A stretch of 63,993 nucleotides of DNA, filler included, from Basidiobolus ranarum (lineage: Eukaryota), in the NCBI GenBank assembly GCA_040143965.1. It is 8 parts of 8 records of this genome, joined end to end, with 100 filler letters (N's around TTAATTAATTAA, not from the genome) between each part and the next. Parts side by side here need not be neighbours in the genome. Positions count along the whole stretch, not along the records: positions 24,147 to 32,086 come from JASJQH010007921.1; positions 32,187 to 40,120 come from JASJQH010007922.1; 6 more parts are not named here. One strand, given 5' to 3'. The position numbers and the translations under genes were made by a program. This document shows positions 26,966 through 39,900 of this stretch, piece after piece. The notes under the pieces are model-generated. The model saw only the letters and a program-made list of their open reading frames with translations. It was not told the DNA's origin and searched no databases. Positions within the stretch are counted from its first letter, which is position 1; every line of letters starts with the position of its first letter.

Positions 26966-28066
26966 ATGTCCGCTGTTGAAAAAACTCTTTACGAAACTCT
27001 AGGTGGGGAAGAGACCATCGCTAAAGTGGTTGAAGTCTTCTATACCAAATATGTTCTCAATGATGACCGCATCAAGCATTTCTTCGTTGGCATTGACATG
27101 GAAAAGCAACGTGCTATGCAGACCAAGTTTTTGGCCTTTGCCTTCGGAGGCCCAGCCTTTAATGGTAAAAAGATGAACATTGCGCATCGTCATCTCAAGC
27201 TTACAGATGCAGACTTTGATGCTGTCATTGACGACCTTGGTAAAGCACTACGTGATTTCGAAGTGTCTGAGGAAATTATCGCCCAGATCGTTGGTGTAGC
27301 AGAAACCACCCGGGACGATGTTCTCGGGCGCTCGGAGAAGAGTATTCCAGATGCGGTTGAAATGGAACATATTGATCGTAACCTTGTTCATACCGACCCC
27401 GTCTACCGTTTCCAGTATGTCGCCAAGTTTGTGGATTTTACTGATAAAGATGTTGAGGCCATTAAATCAGTGGCTGAGCTACTTGCTCCTCTTGGTTCCG
27501 TTCTAGTTGACGCTGTATATGACAAACTTCACAAATTTGATATTACTTGGCAATCAATGGCCAAACGTCATGAAGGCTTCTCAGGGGAAGTTGTTGAAGA
27601 TGTTAACAGTCTCGCTGTAGATAGCTCTCAGATTAAGTTTCGTAAAGACATGCTGACTCGCTACATTGGTCGCCTTTTAACTAATCCTTACGACGAACGT
27701 ATGATTAAGTACCTCGATTGGGTAGCAAAGATCCATACCGATATTCCCGGAAAAAAATCCAAGATCAATGTTGAATATATTCACATTTCTGCGCTTCTTG
27801 GTTTTGTTGAATCGACTCTGATTTGGGCTATCAGCACTTTGAAGCTTGAGAGAGAACATGAACTCAGCGTAATACTAGCTTTTAACAAAGTCCTTTGGTT
27901 ACAGAATGATTTCTTTGCCAAGTACTACGCTAAGGATGGCTCTGACGTTCCCAACTCCTTTGGTCTACACGCTCAACCTCCCAAGTGTTCTAAATTTAGT
28001 CTTAATAGCGCCTTAATTGGAGGAGTTGTAGCAATTATTGGTTTGTTGGCTGCTAGACGCTTTTAG
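26966..28066 (+). CDS. Chimeric double globin: group 1 truncated hemoglobin + protoglobin/sensor-globin domain + C-terminal membrane anchor, intronless
   Basis: trHbN motifs TLYETLGG, FY (B9-B10), HFF (CD1), QRAMQ (E7/E11), FGGP, AH (F8). Second domain FVDFTDKD, VDAVYDKL, YLDWVAKIH, VEYIHI, AFNKVLWLQNDFF. Tail SALIGGVVAIIGLLAARRF. Confidence 0.9.
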   Translation: MSAVEKTLYETLGGEETIAKVVEVFYTKYVLNDDRIKHFFVGIDMEKQRAMQTKFLAFAFGGPAFNGKKMNIAHRHLKLTDADFDAVIDDLGKALRDFEVSEEIIAQIVGVAETTRDDVLGRSEKSIPDAVEMEHIDRNLVHTDPVYRFQYVAKFVDFTDKDVEAIKSVAELLAPLGSVLVDAVYDKLHKFDITWQSMAKRHEGFSGEVVEDVNSLAVDSSQIKFRKDMLTRYIGRLLTNPYDERMIKYLDWVAKIHTDIPGKKSKINVEYIHISALLGFVESTLIWAISTLKLEREHELSVILAFNKVLWLQNDFFAKYYAKDGSDVPNSFGLHAQPPKCSKFSLNSALIGGVVAIIGLLAARRF

Positions 28067-29683
28067 TGTGATTTGATTTTGTACATGTAGACTATTCTTT
28101 TACAATTAGAATTTGTGAATATGAAATAAACCCAAATATATAATCGCAATCACTGCTATGATCAGACAGTATATAGTGTGGAAAATAAATCATCAGAAAA
28201 AGATGATTTTTAGCGATTTAGTAATCTTTGAGATGCAATTTCACGTACCTGTTGGTGTGTGGTATTGATACATCAGTGTCAGGAAGCAGGGAAAACCCGG
28301 TATTGGATTCGTCGTGGATTTACCGATACAATAAATAAACATGCCTCCTAATCAGCTATTCTCTACCAAGTACAGGCTGAATAGTATAAGTCCCGAGAAG
28401 AAAGCTACAGTTATGAATGGTATGAAGCTTCTAATTCCTTCCTTTGAACAACTCACTAGTGTGATAGGTTAATTATGGAATGACTTCCATTTGTAGTGGA
28501 CAGCCGAGTCTAGGAGCGCTTCTTCGGTCGCCTGGCCTGGTCCATTTTCCGAAGTTGAAACTAACTAGAAACTATAAGTATACATATATACATGTGCGTG
28601 ATCATGTATTACCCGATACCTGAAACTTCCTTTACACCCCAATTTGCCACACATCCAACTGAGGCCTGGAATCGCTGATGATGGATGAAATAGCGATCTT
28701 AGGAAATCTTTGTTTCACCAAATATAGAATCGCCATTTCTTTCCAACTACGTGTTATCTTCGAAAGTCAGCATCGAAAAAATTAATTTTGTGGGTGAGAT
28801 TAGTTTGAGGCCTAAACTCAAATGACAGTGTTTCCAGACAACCCCTCACTGCACTTTTACATCTATGTATGATATGGTCTATACTCATTATGATTGAATA
28901 AATATATATCACGGCAAGCCTCCAAACCACCGGCATTACTATATTGATAGCTCTTCAATACCAATACCTACATTGTAGCTACATTCCCAACAAGAGTCAA
29001 ACATCATCCGCAGATATGTCAGATGAGCAGCATCTACATCTGCTGCCCTCAATAAATGAGAAAAAGTCTATTGTATCGGGAAAAAGGATTTACAATGATG
29101 TTGAAATATCCCCTTGGTGATTAGCAAATGGCTCTATTTTTGATCGGATACTCAAATGCGAAATCATACATCGATCAAATTAACTGCTTCGTGTTCGTTT
29201 TTTACCAGAAAAGTTACGTCAGATATCTCAGCAGTAGTAACGCCCGCTTCCCTTTAAAATTTGAATTGCAAACTATGTGGCTTGATGTATAAAAACATAC
29301 ATAGTCCAAATGACACAAATGTTATCATCATTAATCACCCGAAAAACCGGTGCTTCATCAATGTAGCTCTTGAGCATGATGCTATTAGCAGATTGTTATA
29401 AACGTTGGATCACTTTGTGTGTCGACATCATTTGACGCCATTATTTGCTATCTTTGAATTAATTAGTATAAAAATGAAAACCCGTAAGCCTTCTAATGCA
29501 CATTCCTAAAGTGACATCATTAACTGGCTAAAATGATTTGGTCTTATATGCGACCTCTATTTAATCACAACTAAAAGGCAAAGTTGCACCTCGTCTCAAT
29601 GTTAGAGAGCTCCTACACATCCAGTTTGCATAGAGTACATTAAGCCTAACCTTTCTACGTAGCATCACAGCATAATCTATAGT

Positions 29684-29887
29684 ATGTTTAGCGCCAATAT
29701 CACAAAGTACATCTCTCTTAAATATTATCAGTATGAGCTTGTTACCAGCCTTTATATGTTAGAGCCTTGGGAAAAGGTGATCTTCAATAGCTTCATGCTC
29801 ACAAGTCTCCTAGTGGCAATATATTTTGGCGCCTCTTATCTTTCAGTTCCATTTATTCCCGCCGTCTTCAGCACCAGCAGTTTATAG
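29684..29887 (+). CDS. Serine palmitoyltransferase small subunit (ssSPT-like)
   Basis: YYQYELVTSLYMLEPWEKVIFNS followed by a TM helix; 67 aa. Confidence 0.85.
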   Translation: MFSANITKYISLKYYQYELVTSLYMLEPWEKVIFNSFMLTSLLVAIYFGASYLSVPFIPAVFSTSSL

Positions 29888-31186
29888 AGAAAATGTAGTC
29901 CTACTATTCTTCGAGAATCACCTCCATGCATCCAGATTTGTCCATTCCTTAACCTCCGCTGTGGGATTTCAAAGGTTTTTGGAAGATTCATTCAACCCTC
30001 TGCTATTTTCTGTCGCGTGTATACTCAGTATACATATTCACCAATATAGCATTTTTGTGTATATTGACTGGATTTCTGATCGATTTCAAAATAAACTTAG
30101 TAATCATTTTGTACACATAATGGCAATGCCATCATTGAAACTCGAACAAGTAAAAGTTCGTTTGAAAACTAGTTATTCTCATAGATTCTTACTGCTCTGA
30201 GGTTCACAATTGCTGTCTCTCAGAGTTGTTCCGGGAAAAACGCAGCGAGCCTCGCTTAATTTTGGCGAGGCTTCAATTATATCTCCTTCGAAATTTAACA
30301 TGTCAGGCTCATAACAAGTCATAGGACTACCAACATTTTCTAGTTCCATTTCCCTTGAATAATTAAGACTATCATGTTATCATGACGTATCTCATGAATG
30401 GGTCAATTTAAAACATCATTGGCTAACTTACTTGTATGTGAAAATTCTCACGATAGTCCTAGCTTCTCAGGATTATATGAATGAAAAAAATCGTACCTGC
30501 GTTGATATTCTTGACTGGAATATTTATCGGAATCTCGATTTGTCCAATTGTATGCTTGAGAAAATATCACGCAGTCATTAGCATTGTATAATTACTTGGT
30601 CAGCAAGTGACTGCAACTAGCGAACTAGTGTGAGAAAATGCATTGGATTCCGATCTGTATCAGAATGAGATTGATTCGAGGATATCCAATAATACTGGAA
30701 ATTAGTCAAGGGATAGTGAAACGTGTATTTTGTGAACAGCCAATGGTGAGGGGATACTCCAGGCAGAGAGACGCCTTTGGAAATCACGTATAAAATTAAC
30801 CATCGTATCCATGATAAATTAGATGTTAAAATGGTGATATCCCATAGTAAAGTGCGTTTCTAAGCTGTCAGAGTACTTCGGTTTATTTATGTCTTCAAGT
30901 TATTATCCTAGTCAAATTACCTACATAGATTAGTTCAAGATCATGAAGGGAATTTCGAATTCTAGGTGGTACATTCCCAGGATCACATGGAGATTGAGGC
31001 AGTCACTTACGTTCCCACACTTGATAGAAGTAAGAATTCAAATGAAGTCACTTGGAATATTTTACCTATTTATTCCCACCAGCCCCACTATTGTAATTTC
31101 TTTACACGTCCTGACAAATCACTCTTTTCTTTCTCCTTCTCATTCTCTGCTTTCTACTGTAATCCTTTTGTGACTTTTCGTAACTC

Positions 31187-32086
31187 ATGTTTGGACTTAC
31201 CGCACGCCGTTTATTGACCTCAAATACCAAAAATGCTCTGAAAAGACAATCCCCTGCAGTATTTGGCTCTATACTATTTCGCCAGGTACCGAACACTCTT
31301 TGCACATTTTTGTACCGAATTGTCACTAACCATGGTGAATTTTTATTATGCCGATATTTATACAGAATTCCAGTCGCACGGCTATTAGTCAAGCACTCAG
31401 AAAGAAGGTTCCGTTCCCTGGAGCTTCTGACTCTTATTTCACTGAGGAGATGAACTTTATTGGCAAGGGTGAAGCCATTCCAACTTACCATGTCATGGAT
31501 GTCGATGGCAATATTCTCAATCCTTCCCAAGACCCTAAGGTTAGATAAATCATATACTTTCGTAATTTACAGTTTGATGCTAATCATATTATGGGGCATA
31601 TATATTTCCTTTACGTAATCTTAGGTTTCTAAAGAATTTGCCGTCAAGATTTATCAAGATATGGTCACTTTAAACGTAATGGATTTGATTCTTTATGAAG
31701 CTCAACGTCAAGGTCGGATTAGTTTCTACATGACCAGTTACGGTGAAGAAGCATATATTGGTAGTGCAGCTGCCCTCGTTAATGAAGATGTAGTATTTGG
31801 TCAGGTTTGTAATGATTTTTCAAAGATTTGAATGATTTCTAATTTATCGCACTGTTAGTAATGATTGTAAATTATTAGTATCGTGAAAGTGGTGTGTTAC
31901 TCTACCGTGGTTTCACACTCGACGAGTTCATGAACCAATGTTACAGAAATGAACTTGATTATGGCAAGGGTCGTCAAATGCCTATCCATTATGGATCTAC
32001 TGAACTTAACTTCCATACTATATCCTCCCCCTTGGCCACTCAAATCCCTCACGCCGCTGGAGCTGCCTATTCTCTTAAGATGGAGG
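31187..32086 (+). CDS. BCKDHA: Branched-chain alpha-ketoacid dehydrogenase E1 alpha, 3' truncated, at least 3 introns
   Basis: Mitochondrial presequence [84 protein letters not shown]. Confidence 0.93.
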
Positions 32087-32335
32087 NNNNNNNNNNNNNN
32101 NNNNNNNNNNNNNNNNNNNNNNNNNNNNNNTTAATTAATTAANNNNNNNNNNNNNNNNNNNNNNNNNNNNNNNNNNNNNNNNNNNNGCCAAATAAACTTA
32201 TAACACCGATTGAAATATTACAGTGACTATCATTACCAGTGTATCAAAGCATTTCCCAAATTGTTACGCAGTGGTTGCGTTCAGTCCCAACAAAATATAC
32301 AATTCATTCCGAATCATATTCCAAGGTGGTTTTAT

Positions 32336-33857
32336 ATGTTTCTCGCAGAAAAGTACGAAGCTTTCATTCTAAAGAATGCTTCCCAAGTGAGTGGAATCGA
32401 AAGCTTCCTACGTTCTTTGACTTATGTATTACCAGGTATGTTCAATAGCCTCTTCAGCTATCGTTTCCTATCCTTTCGGTTAGTTTTCTAATGTCTTGGT
32501 CATTTCTTCAAGGGAGATTTAATGACTCTGAGTTTGCCTCCGAAGCTTGTAAGTCCGTCACATAACATATATATGGTTTTCTTTAGAAAGCTAATGTTTG
32601 TTGCACTAGTGTTCTCTTTTATCAATCTATTGGGTTTATATCATGATAAAATATTGGTAAAAGCTGCCTCTAACCATTACCAAGAGACTGGAGAAAAGCC
32701 ACCAACACCAGGGAACTTCAATAGATATATACGATATCTTTATCGGTCATCAGACAATTATCGTAGAGTATCGTTAGTACTCACCATATTACAATATACT
32801 GAAGTGCTACTAGAGATGAGTGTACAAAAGAAATGGGGGAAGAACAAGAAATGGAACATCATTTTGTATATTGAAGGCGTCAAGTAACAAGTTGCTTAAA
32901 TAATCACTGTATGCTATTTATCTCTAAGTCCACCTTTATTAGGGCTGCTCTTCGTTTTTCTCTGGTCCAGATGTCAGGTAATCGCACTTTAATTTCCCCC
33001 CCTCATCCAGAAAGAGAGGTCGATCCTTCCACCATGCACCCGGATAAAAAACCCACAAAGATACCTACTTGGACTGGCACACGCACAGGCCAAAATCATC
33101 CAGTTATTAACACGATCATATCGGATAAAATGGGAAACCTTCGAGTGACCGACTATGTCCTTTCCAAGGTCTTGGATATCGAAAGTGCAAAGAAACCATT
33201 GGATTTAGTTCGTGCATTGGCGGGATGGGGTAACGTTGGTGAGATGCTCTTTATAATTCGACCATTATTCTATGGTAAGTTAAATTTCCCACATCAAGAA
33301 TATTATCCTCCCTTATAAACCAAATATTTCTAGTATTTTTGGTAAGAAAGTATGGAAATCAATCTTGGAAACCTTGGGTTCTCTCACTACTGCTAGAATA
33401 CGCTAGTCAAAATTCCACTCAACATCATTGGGATACTCATGGTGGAAAACGTGCCACTAGTAGCTTAGAGCAAGAGGAGCATAAGCGCCGTCAATGGCTC
33501 ATGCTCTTCTATCTTCTCCGCAATCCATTCTATGAGAAATTCACCAAGTAAACATGCCATTCCAATGAAATATCTTGAAAAACTAAGAACTAACCCGTCC
33601 ATACGCTTGAATTTTCAGACCACAAATCCAAGACCTCTGCAAATCTACCAGCAAGAGACCTATTATATCTCTCTTCTCTGGTACGCAAAATCAACATATT
33701 CCAATGTAGTAATGACAACTAACCTGTGGTTCGTTTGATAGGTGTTTTGCAAGATTACATGCCTCTCTGGGAGAATGTTTATTTTTACAGTAAGTACCAC
33801 CACCTTTGTCAACTAATCTACATCCATTAACCTTGATGACTAGCTTCCGGCTCATAA
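32336..33857 (+). CDS. PEX16: Peroxin 16, multi-exon
   Basis: KYEAFILKNASQVSGIESFLRSLTYVLPGRFNDSEFASE, LLGLYHDKIL, EVLLEM, PPHPEREVDP, GEMLFIIRPLFY, SWKPWVLSL, FYLLRNPFYEKFTK, DYMPLWENVYFYTSGS. Start codon uncertain. Confidence 0.9.
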
Positions 33858-34260
33858 ACCGAGCAGTGTCCCTCTTATAAACAGCCGCTATGAACAGAAG
33901 GATATGCATGTTACTCTAATATCTCGATCATCTATATAAAACATGACTACTCCTTCTTGCTTACTTTATACGATAGAGATGTAATTTCCTGGGGAATTTG
34001 TCATATATTTTATGAGGTTTATTTTAATCATTAATAAGAAAAAGCTAGCTTGTAACATAGAAAAGCTCATGCCGTAGTACTACGTGAGTGATATTTAACA
34101 GTGGAAAGGATGTGTGTAGCTTGCCTTATAGAAATAACATGTAAACCACTATGTTCGGAATGTAAGAGAATAGGATGATTAATATTTAATACATAAGTGA
34201 CCGTTTTAAATCAAAAGATTATGAACGTCAATCGTTGGTTTTATGATATGGAATTTTCAT

Positions 34261-35583
34261 TTACGAGATGGCAGCATTGGAAAATACTTCAGCAAGATCA
34301 TTCCCATCTCCAATATTGTCACTAACAGGAGAAATTGGTGCGGAGTTGGGTGGTGGATTGCCACTAGGGCCTGAGCTAGACTTCTTGTCTAAAATCTCAA
34401 CATAATTTGATGGGAAGATTCCAACTTGGCCGCTGCGGAGTCTACCTCTCCACCAGTCGCTAGGCTGACCGTTTAAATCGGTTTTGCTGAGGACTGCAAT
34501 AACATCACCGCGCTTAAGGCTGAGTTCAACATTATTATCACCATTGAAGTCGTACATTGCTCTAGCAAATTCGACATCCTGGGGAAGAGGGCCTGGCTGG
34601 CCGGGAACGTTGGTGGCGGGGATCATACCTTTCGCTTGCTGGCGCTTGGCTAAAGTCATGATTAGACGATGCATAAGGAAAGGAACTCCTAAAACAACCA
34701 GTAAAAATATGATGACTGGGCGTTTGGACGATTTCTTCTGCTCAAAGCCACTAAAATCGGACACGTTCAGTTCTTCTGGGTTGACTGGAGGATTTTTACC
34801 AATCATGCGATAAAAGAGATTACGAACTGTACGAATCAAAGCAAAGACACTCAGAACTTGTCCAAGATGTGTTCTTAGTCGACCGAATTGATCAACAACT
34901 CCAACCATAGCCATAAAGGAGGAATGAGTAGCCATGAAAGTAGATTCCAGCATGTGGGCACACCCACCAAAAGCGTTTACGATTCCGTCGATAGCTTGGA
35001 AAGTGGGCTGAACTGTAGACTCAACGGTGTTTAGAAGACCAGGTCCGCCTTCAGGACCATTTGGACCCATACCCATGCCGCCCATGCCGCCGTAACCTCC
35101 TCCATAGCGCGAACCATACCCTCCATATCCGCTGCTCATTCCTCCATAACTGCCATATCCACCACCATAGCCACCGTATCCACTACCATATCCACTACTT
35201 CCATATCCGCTACTGCCGTATAAACCACCTCCATATCCACTACTGCCGTAACGCGAACCATAGCTACTACCGTATCCTCCTGAGCTATATCCCCCAGCAC
35301 CATATCCGCCATAGCCTGAACGATAACCTCCCATAGCACCACTACCGTAAGAACCTAAACATATAATATATTAGTTCGAATGATGCACTTGATGACCAAC
35401 TAAAGGTAAGGATTAGTAAGAAAGTATACCTGCAGTGGCACCATATCCGGTCATAGAAGTCCTCTCAGGAACTAAAGGAGGGTTAGCTCCCGTAGATGAA
35501 TTAGTGCTAGCATTAGTGCTAGACATGGTTGAGACTGTCGAAGATTGTGGGTTTTTTTCCCAAGGTTTTGGTGGAGAAGCCAT
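34261..35583 (-). CDS. PEX13: Peroxin 13, 2 exons (35583-35430, 35354-34261)
   Basis: MASPPKPWE, YG-rich region, TFQAIDGIVNAFGGCAHMLESTFMATHSSFMAMVGV, TM, SH3 (FARAMYDF...WWRGR...GIFPSNYV). Confidence 0.96.
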
Positions 35584-36689
35584 ATAATAAGATGTGAACG
35601 GAAGTCAAAGGATATGTGATGATGAGTTAAAAGATTGATAAGAAAAAGAGATGGTCAAAATTGGATTTATAATCATCTGATTATGATAACATCTAGTTGA
35701 ATCAGCTGATTGGTGACCCCATGAAAAGGGGACTGCGGCAATCCCTACTTGAGACTACTAAGCACTTCGCATTACACTCAATGTTATTTAGCCCTTGATA
35801 AGATGAGTAAAAATCGGATTGTTTCAGTTAGCTCGATTATTGTGGGCAAATCACCATTTACTATTTTCGGAAATCGAGTCCACTTTAAACCAAAGTTAAA
35901 TGACATTGCTCACCAATTGGCCATTGTGTTTAGTCATTGAAAGTCGAATCTCCACCGCCTGTGCATGGCTGCTTTCGAGAAACATCTGACAGTGTCGCCC
36001 ACAATATTCTAGCCTTGATCTGCAGTCTTGGTGCATATATACGAGAATTTTCAGACAACTTCATGAAGAAGTCATATTCCAAGCAGCCGAAGTATCAATA
36101 TCTGCCAGGTTTAAAAGGCTGGCCCTTGTGTCCAATTATGATCGTTTCCTTTGAATACTCTGACATATGATTCACCATCGACTCAACATAATATTTTTAA
36201 AATCCATCCTGGCTTGACCATGTCGAGGCAATGCTCACTTCCTGCACTAAATGTGAACTAGATGATTCTAGCAGTATCGGAGGTAACTGTCGAATGGTGT
36301 AAGAATATGACGAAGCCATCAACGTTGTAGTTAACTTCCGAAATTGTTAAATACACCACTGCGGTGAATTAAACCCTGAGTACATTTGTGGTTAAAAACT
36401 GGTAGTATGTTTAGTGGTTCTTATGATATCTTATCTTTTAATGAAATGTTGCTCTGTTGTCATCACTCTCTATCAATAAGAATGACAAGTCAATCTTTTC
36501 AATTGATAATTCTATGTAAATGCTTAAAAATATCTTGAAATATTCAGGAGTCTGTAACTTGAAATTATTTTACTAGCATATAACTTGAATAAACCTTCAT
36601 AGGCCATATTATAGGCAGGTTACTTGCAAGTACATGCAGAAAAGGAAGCAAATATCTTCTTGTTTATATGACTTCAAGATCTTGACTCT

Positions 36690-37487
36690 GAGAATAATGG
36701 GAGATATCTTAGTTCAATATAGGATAACTAATTACTAAGCTATATATGATAATATAGGTGTTTAGGCAATGCTAATTTCAACAATTGTTCCCTAATATAT
36801 GGCAATCAAAATTTACTTATGAATATTGACACCAACTTAGAAGTTCTCAGATGTATAGATTTTTTCAAACTTGAGCTAGAAGCCCCAAACTTAGCACACA
36901 TGTCTCTGGGATCTTTCTTAGCATATTCTACATGTTAGTTTGTTTACATCTTGAAAAAACTATAAATGTCAACTGAATACTCAATAAATCAATAAGTGAA
37001 AGCCACCAACTTCTAACAGGCTCCCAAAATACTTCAACAATAATTACCAAGCAAGTTAAGACAACATATTTAGTGAGTTTTGGAGAAGCTTAAATATTTC
37101 CACAGATCCTTCTACAATACCGAGTATAATAACATGCGAACCTTTGTTTGTTATATTTGTTGAAATTAACATAATCTAAATATCAATATAGTCATATATA
37201 GCTTAGTATTTAGTTATTCTATATCCCACCAAGATATCTCCCCCTATTCTCAAGAGGAATTTACTTTGAAGTTTGAAGATACATAGATTCTGAGAACCAG
37301 TCCTAGAAGCACCAAACTTTGCACACATGTTTCTGGGATCTTTCTTTACAAATTCTACACGTTTGCCTGTTTACCCTTGTACAAAACCATAAATGCCAAC
37401 TTTTCACTCAATAAATCAATAAGCGACAGCCACAGATTCTTCTAATTCTCTAAACCACTTCCAACTAACTCCCAAAATACTTCAACA
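36690..37487. mobile_element. Rearranged copy of the foldback element family seen at 2595-3475
   Basis: 36690-36783 matches the inner left arm; 36838-37039 is an outer arm in right-arm orientation ending CTCCCAAAATACTTCAACA; 37158-37487 is a complete right arm with the same terminus. Confidence 0.75.
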
Positions 37488-38109
37488 AGTTGCCCAACAG
37501 TATTCTCTTCCGAGTATTTGGAATCAAGAAATACTATTTCCCAATAATTTTACTATTTTGACATACAATTAATAACTAGTAAACCCACTTCAGGGGGTAT
37601 TATTTTGCACTGCATGGCAGAGCTGATTTAGGATAAGCAAAGTACTCTTGTCATTAGCCACCTGAATCTCGGAATGATATTGATCCTGTCACATTATATA
37701 TATATATATTAAATAGTTCCCCCCAGCTGGTTGATGATTTTGTGGTGTGAAGCTAGGCCTCAGCCACTAATACTTGAAGCATCAATAAACCAATATATAT
37801 AGCACTACTACCCCATTTCTTCCTGTACTTGTATAGTCTTAACACTACTACAATCATGCAATTAACTGAATAACTTTTAACCAACTATATCGCAATTGTA
37901 CTCGTATTAAGGAATAACACTACTTGCATCTTACCAATATTCAGACTTCTATTGTTTCACATATCACCACATCACTTCACAATTCTGTCTACAACTTCAA
38001 TATTCTTAAGATCATCCATATGCATTTTGATTACTGTCAAAATAAGACATCAATTAAATCGATGAACTAATTTAACTTGTTTTTCAAGAAATAGCTCTTA
38101 AAAGTAACA

Positions 38110-39900
38110 ATGTCTGACACGATACTTAATAGCCGTTTTGATGCTTATATCGATAAGAGCTATTTATCTTCATCTGAAGATCCTGACTTTGAAGTATCAC
38201 CTTTAGATATCCAAGGTGATCGATACCATTCCATGCAGCAGAATGTAGGTAATTTCGTTATGATACTTATGGTAGAGCTGACAATAGAGATTACCCTTGG
38301 TCTTATTTCCAAGAATCTCTATTGGAAGCTTTTGATAGAAGAGTAAGAGTATTTAGGAATATCGTTCTTACCCTAAGAATAACAGCAGCACGCATTTCTT
38401 TAATGAAACAAAACCATTGTCTTTGGGAGGGGATTTAACATCTGGTTTGTTCATCTCTTTACATCATGACAACTACATAGAAACCTACGACTAATATGAT
38501 CAAGATACAGAGGGTTATGATATACGTTTATACGGTGGTTCTATAAATGCATTCTCAGTACTACATATGATATTGCATAAGATCGTGAAAACGTTGCTGC
38601 AGGAGGATGTTTATGTCATCTAGAATATTCTGATGTTACATTCTATGAACCTCTCGTGAGGTACGAGATCAACGCATATTTCTTTATGCATTCATTCGAC
38701 CCTTGGATTAACATGGAATTTAAATGCAGATAGCAAACAGTGAAAGCTCTAGGTTTATGAATGCGAGACATCTTAGAGATTCGAGAAGTTAACCAAAATG
38801 TCCGTTATTATGTTACTAATCCACCTCAAACTATGCGTCCTTTTTCATAAACACCGTAATACCCATCAAGTATTTTATCTTAGTCTAATATATCTAATAT
38901 GTAACATACAATGCAAAACACTTGGTCAACTGTGATCAACTATGATCCTGAACGTCTCATTACACAATATCAGTCACCTAGTAAATCGTTTGCAAGGATA
39001 AACGGTGCGGTGTACGTTGTAAGTCAGACATATAAAGATTCCACGATAACAATTGCATCATCGAATAAGAACAGGTTTAGTGTCAAGGATAGGCAGAGCT
39101 GGACACCCTATAATGACTGACCTTATTAAGGAATATAGCTCAAATGTGCTTTGGTTGAACCTAAGGCACGTGAAATGCCAATATTGCAGTTGAGATGGAA
39201 TTGAATACTTTTATTTACTTGCAAGATACGCCGTGGGAGAGTTCTATGCCTAGATATTGGATGATCTATTTGACACTCGAATACTGTTAAAAATCTCACT
39301 TCAGAATACAGTTCATGGGTACGTCAAGGTACCAATGGGTGGTACATTGGAATAACTGAAGTGTCACTCAAACAACCAACGAGATGGAGTAACCACAGAC
39401 AATCGGAAAAGCATACATAATTAAGTAATAATGTAAGCATGTAGGTAAGTGATAGGCACTTGGCTACCAGTATATGATTCAGCAAAGGAAAATCTATTAT
39501 CAACTTTTCACAGATATGGGGATGTTGAAGCAAATACGAATCATGGAGCTTACTCATAAAACTCATCCCAAGCTGATATGTAGCAGTGTACGTCGAACGA
39601 CTATTCATGACATTCCACCACTGATTCACGCATAAATAAGCAAGAGTATGTTTGCAGAATACGAGGTATGAATAAACCAAATGAAGTACAAAGGGAAGTT
39701 GCTTCTAAACAAACCCAAACAGATTGCCTCTACCAACCAATAAATTAGATAGTACCACATAGTGGTTTGAGAACAAGTAAAGAACAGCAGTGAACCCCGA
39801 GAAGGATCTGTAGTGGAATACAAAGGATATCCCCTCATTATGGAACAGAATATGGAAAAGCAACATGCTTGGTGACCCTGTTTTAAATTGGACACTATCC
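38110..39900 (+). pseudogene. Degraded long coding-like relic of unknown origin
   Basis: Protein-like reading on + strand broken by scattered stops and frameshifts (e.g. LEYSDVTFYEPLVRYEINAY, NTWSTVINYDPERLITQYQSPSKSFARINGAVYVV); no clear intron signals. Confidence 0.35.

Noticed and set aside
29010-29044. Small imperfect hairpin GCAGATATGTCAGATG...CATCTACATCTGC
   Set aside because: Single, short and imperfect; compatible with chance.
35030-35354. GGx/TAy low-complexity repeats and the His-rich antisense ORF 35061-35336
   Set aside because: Explained by the known YG-rich domain of PEX13.
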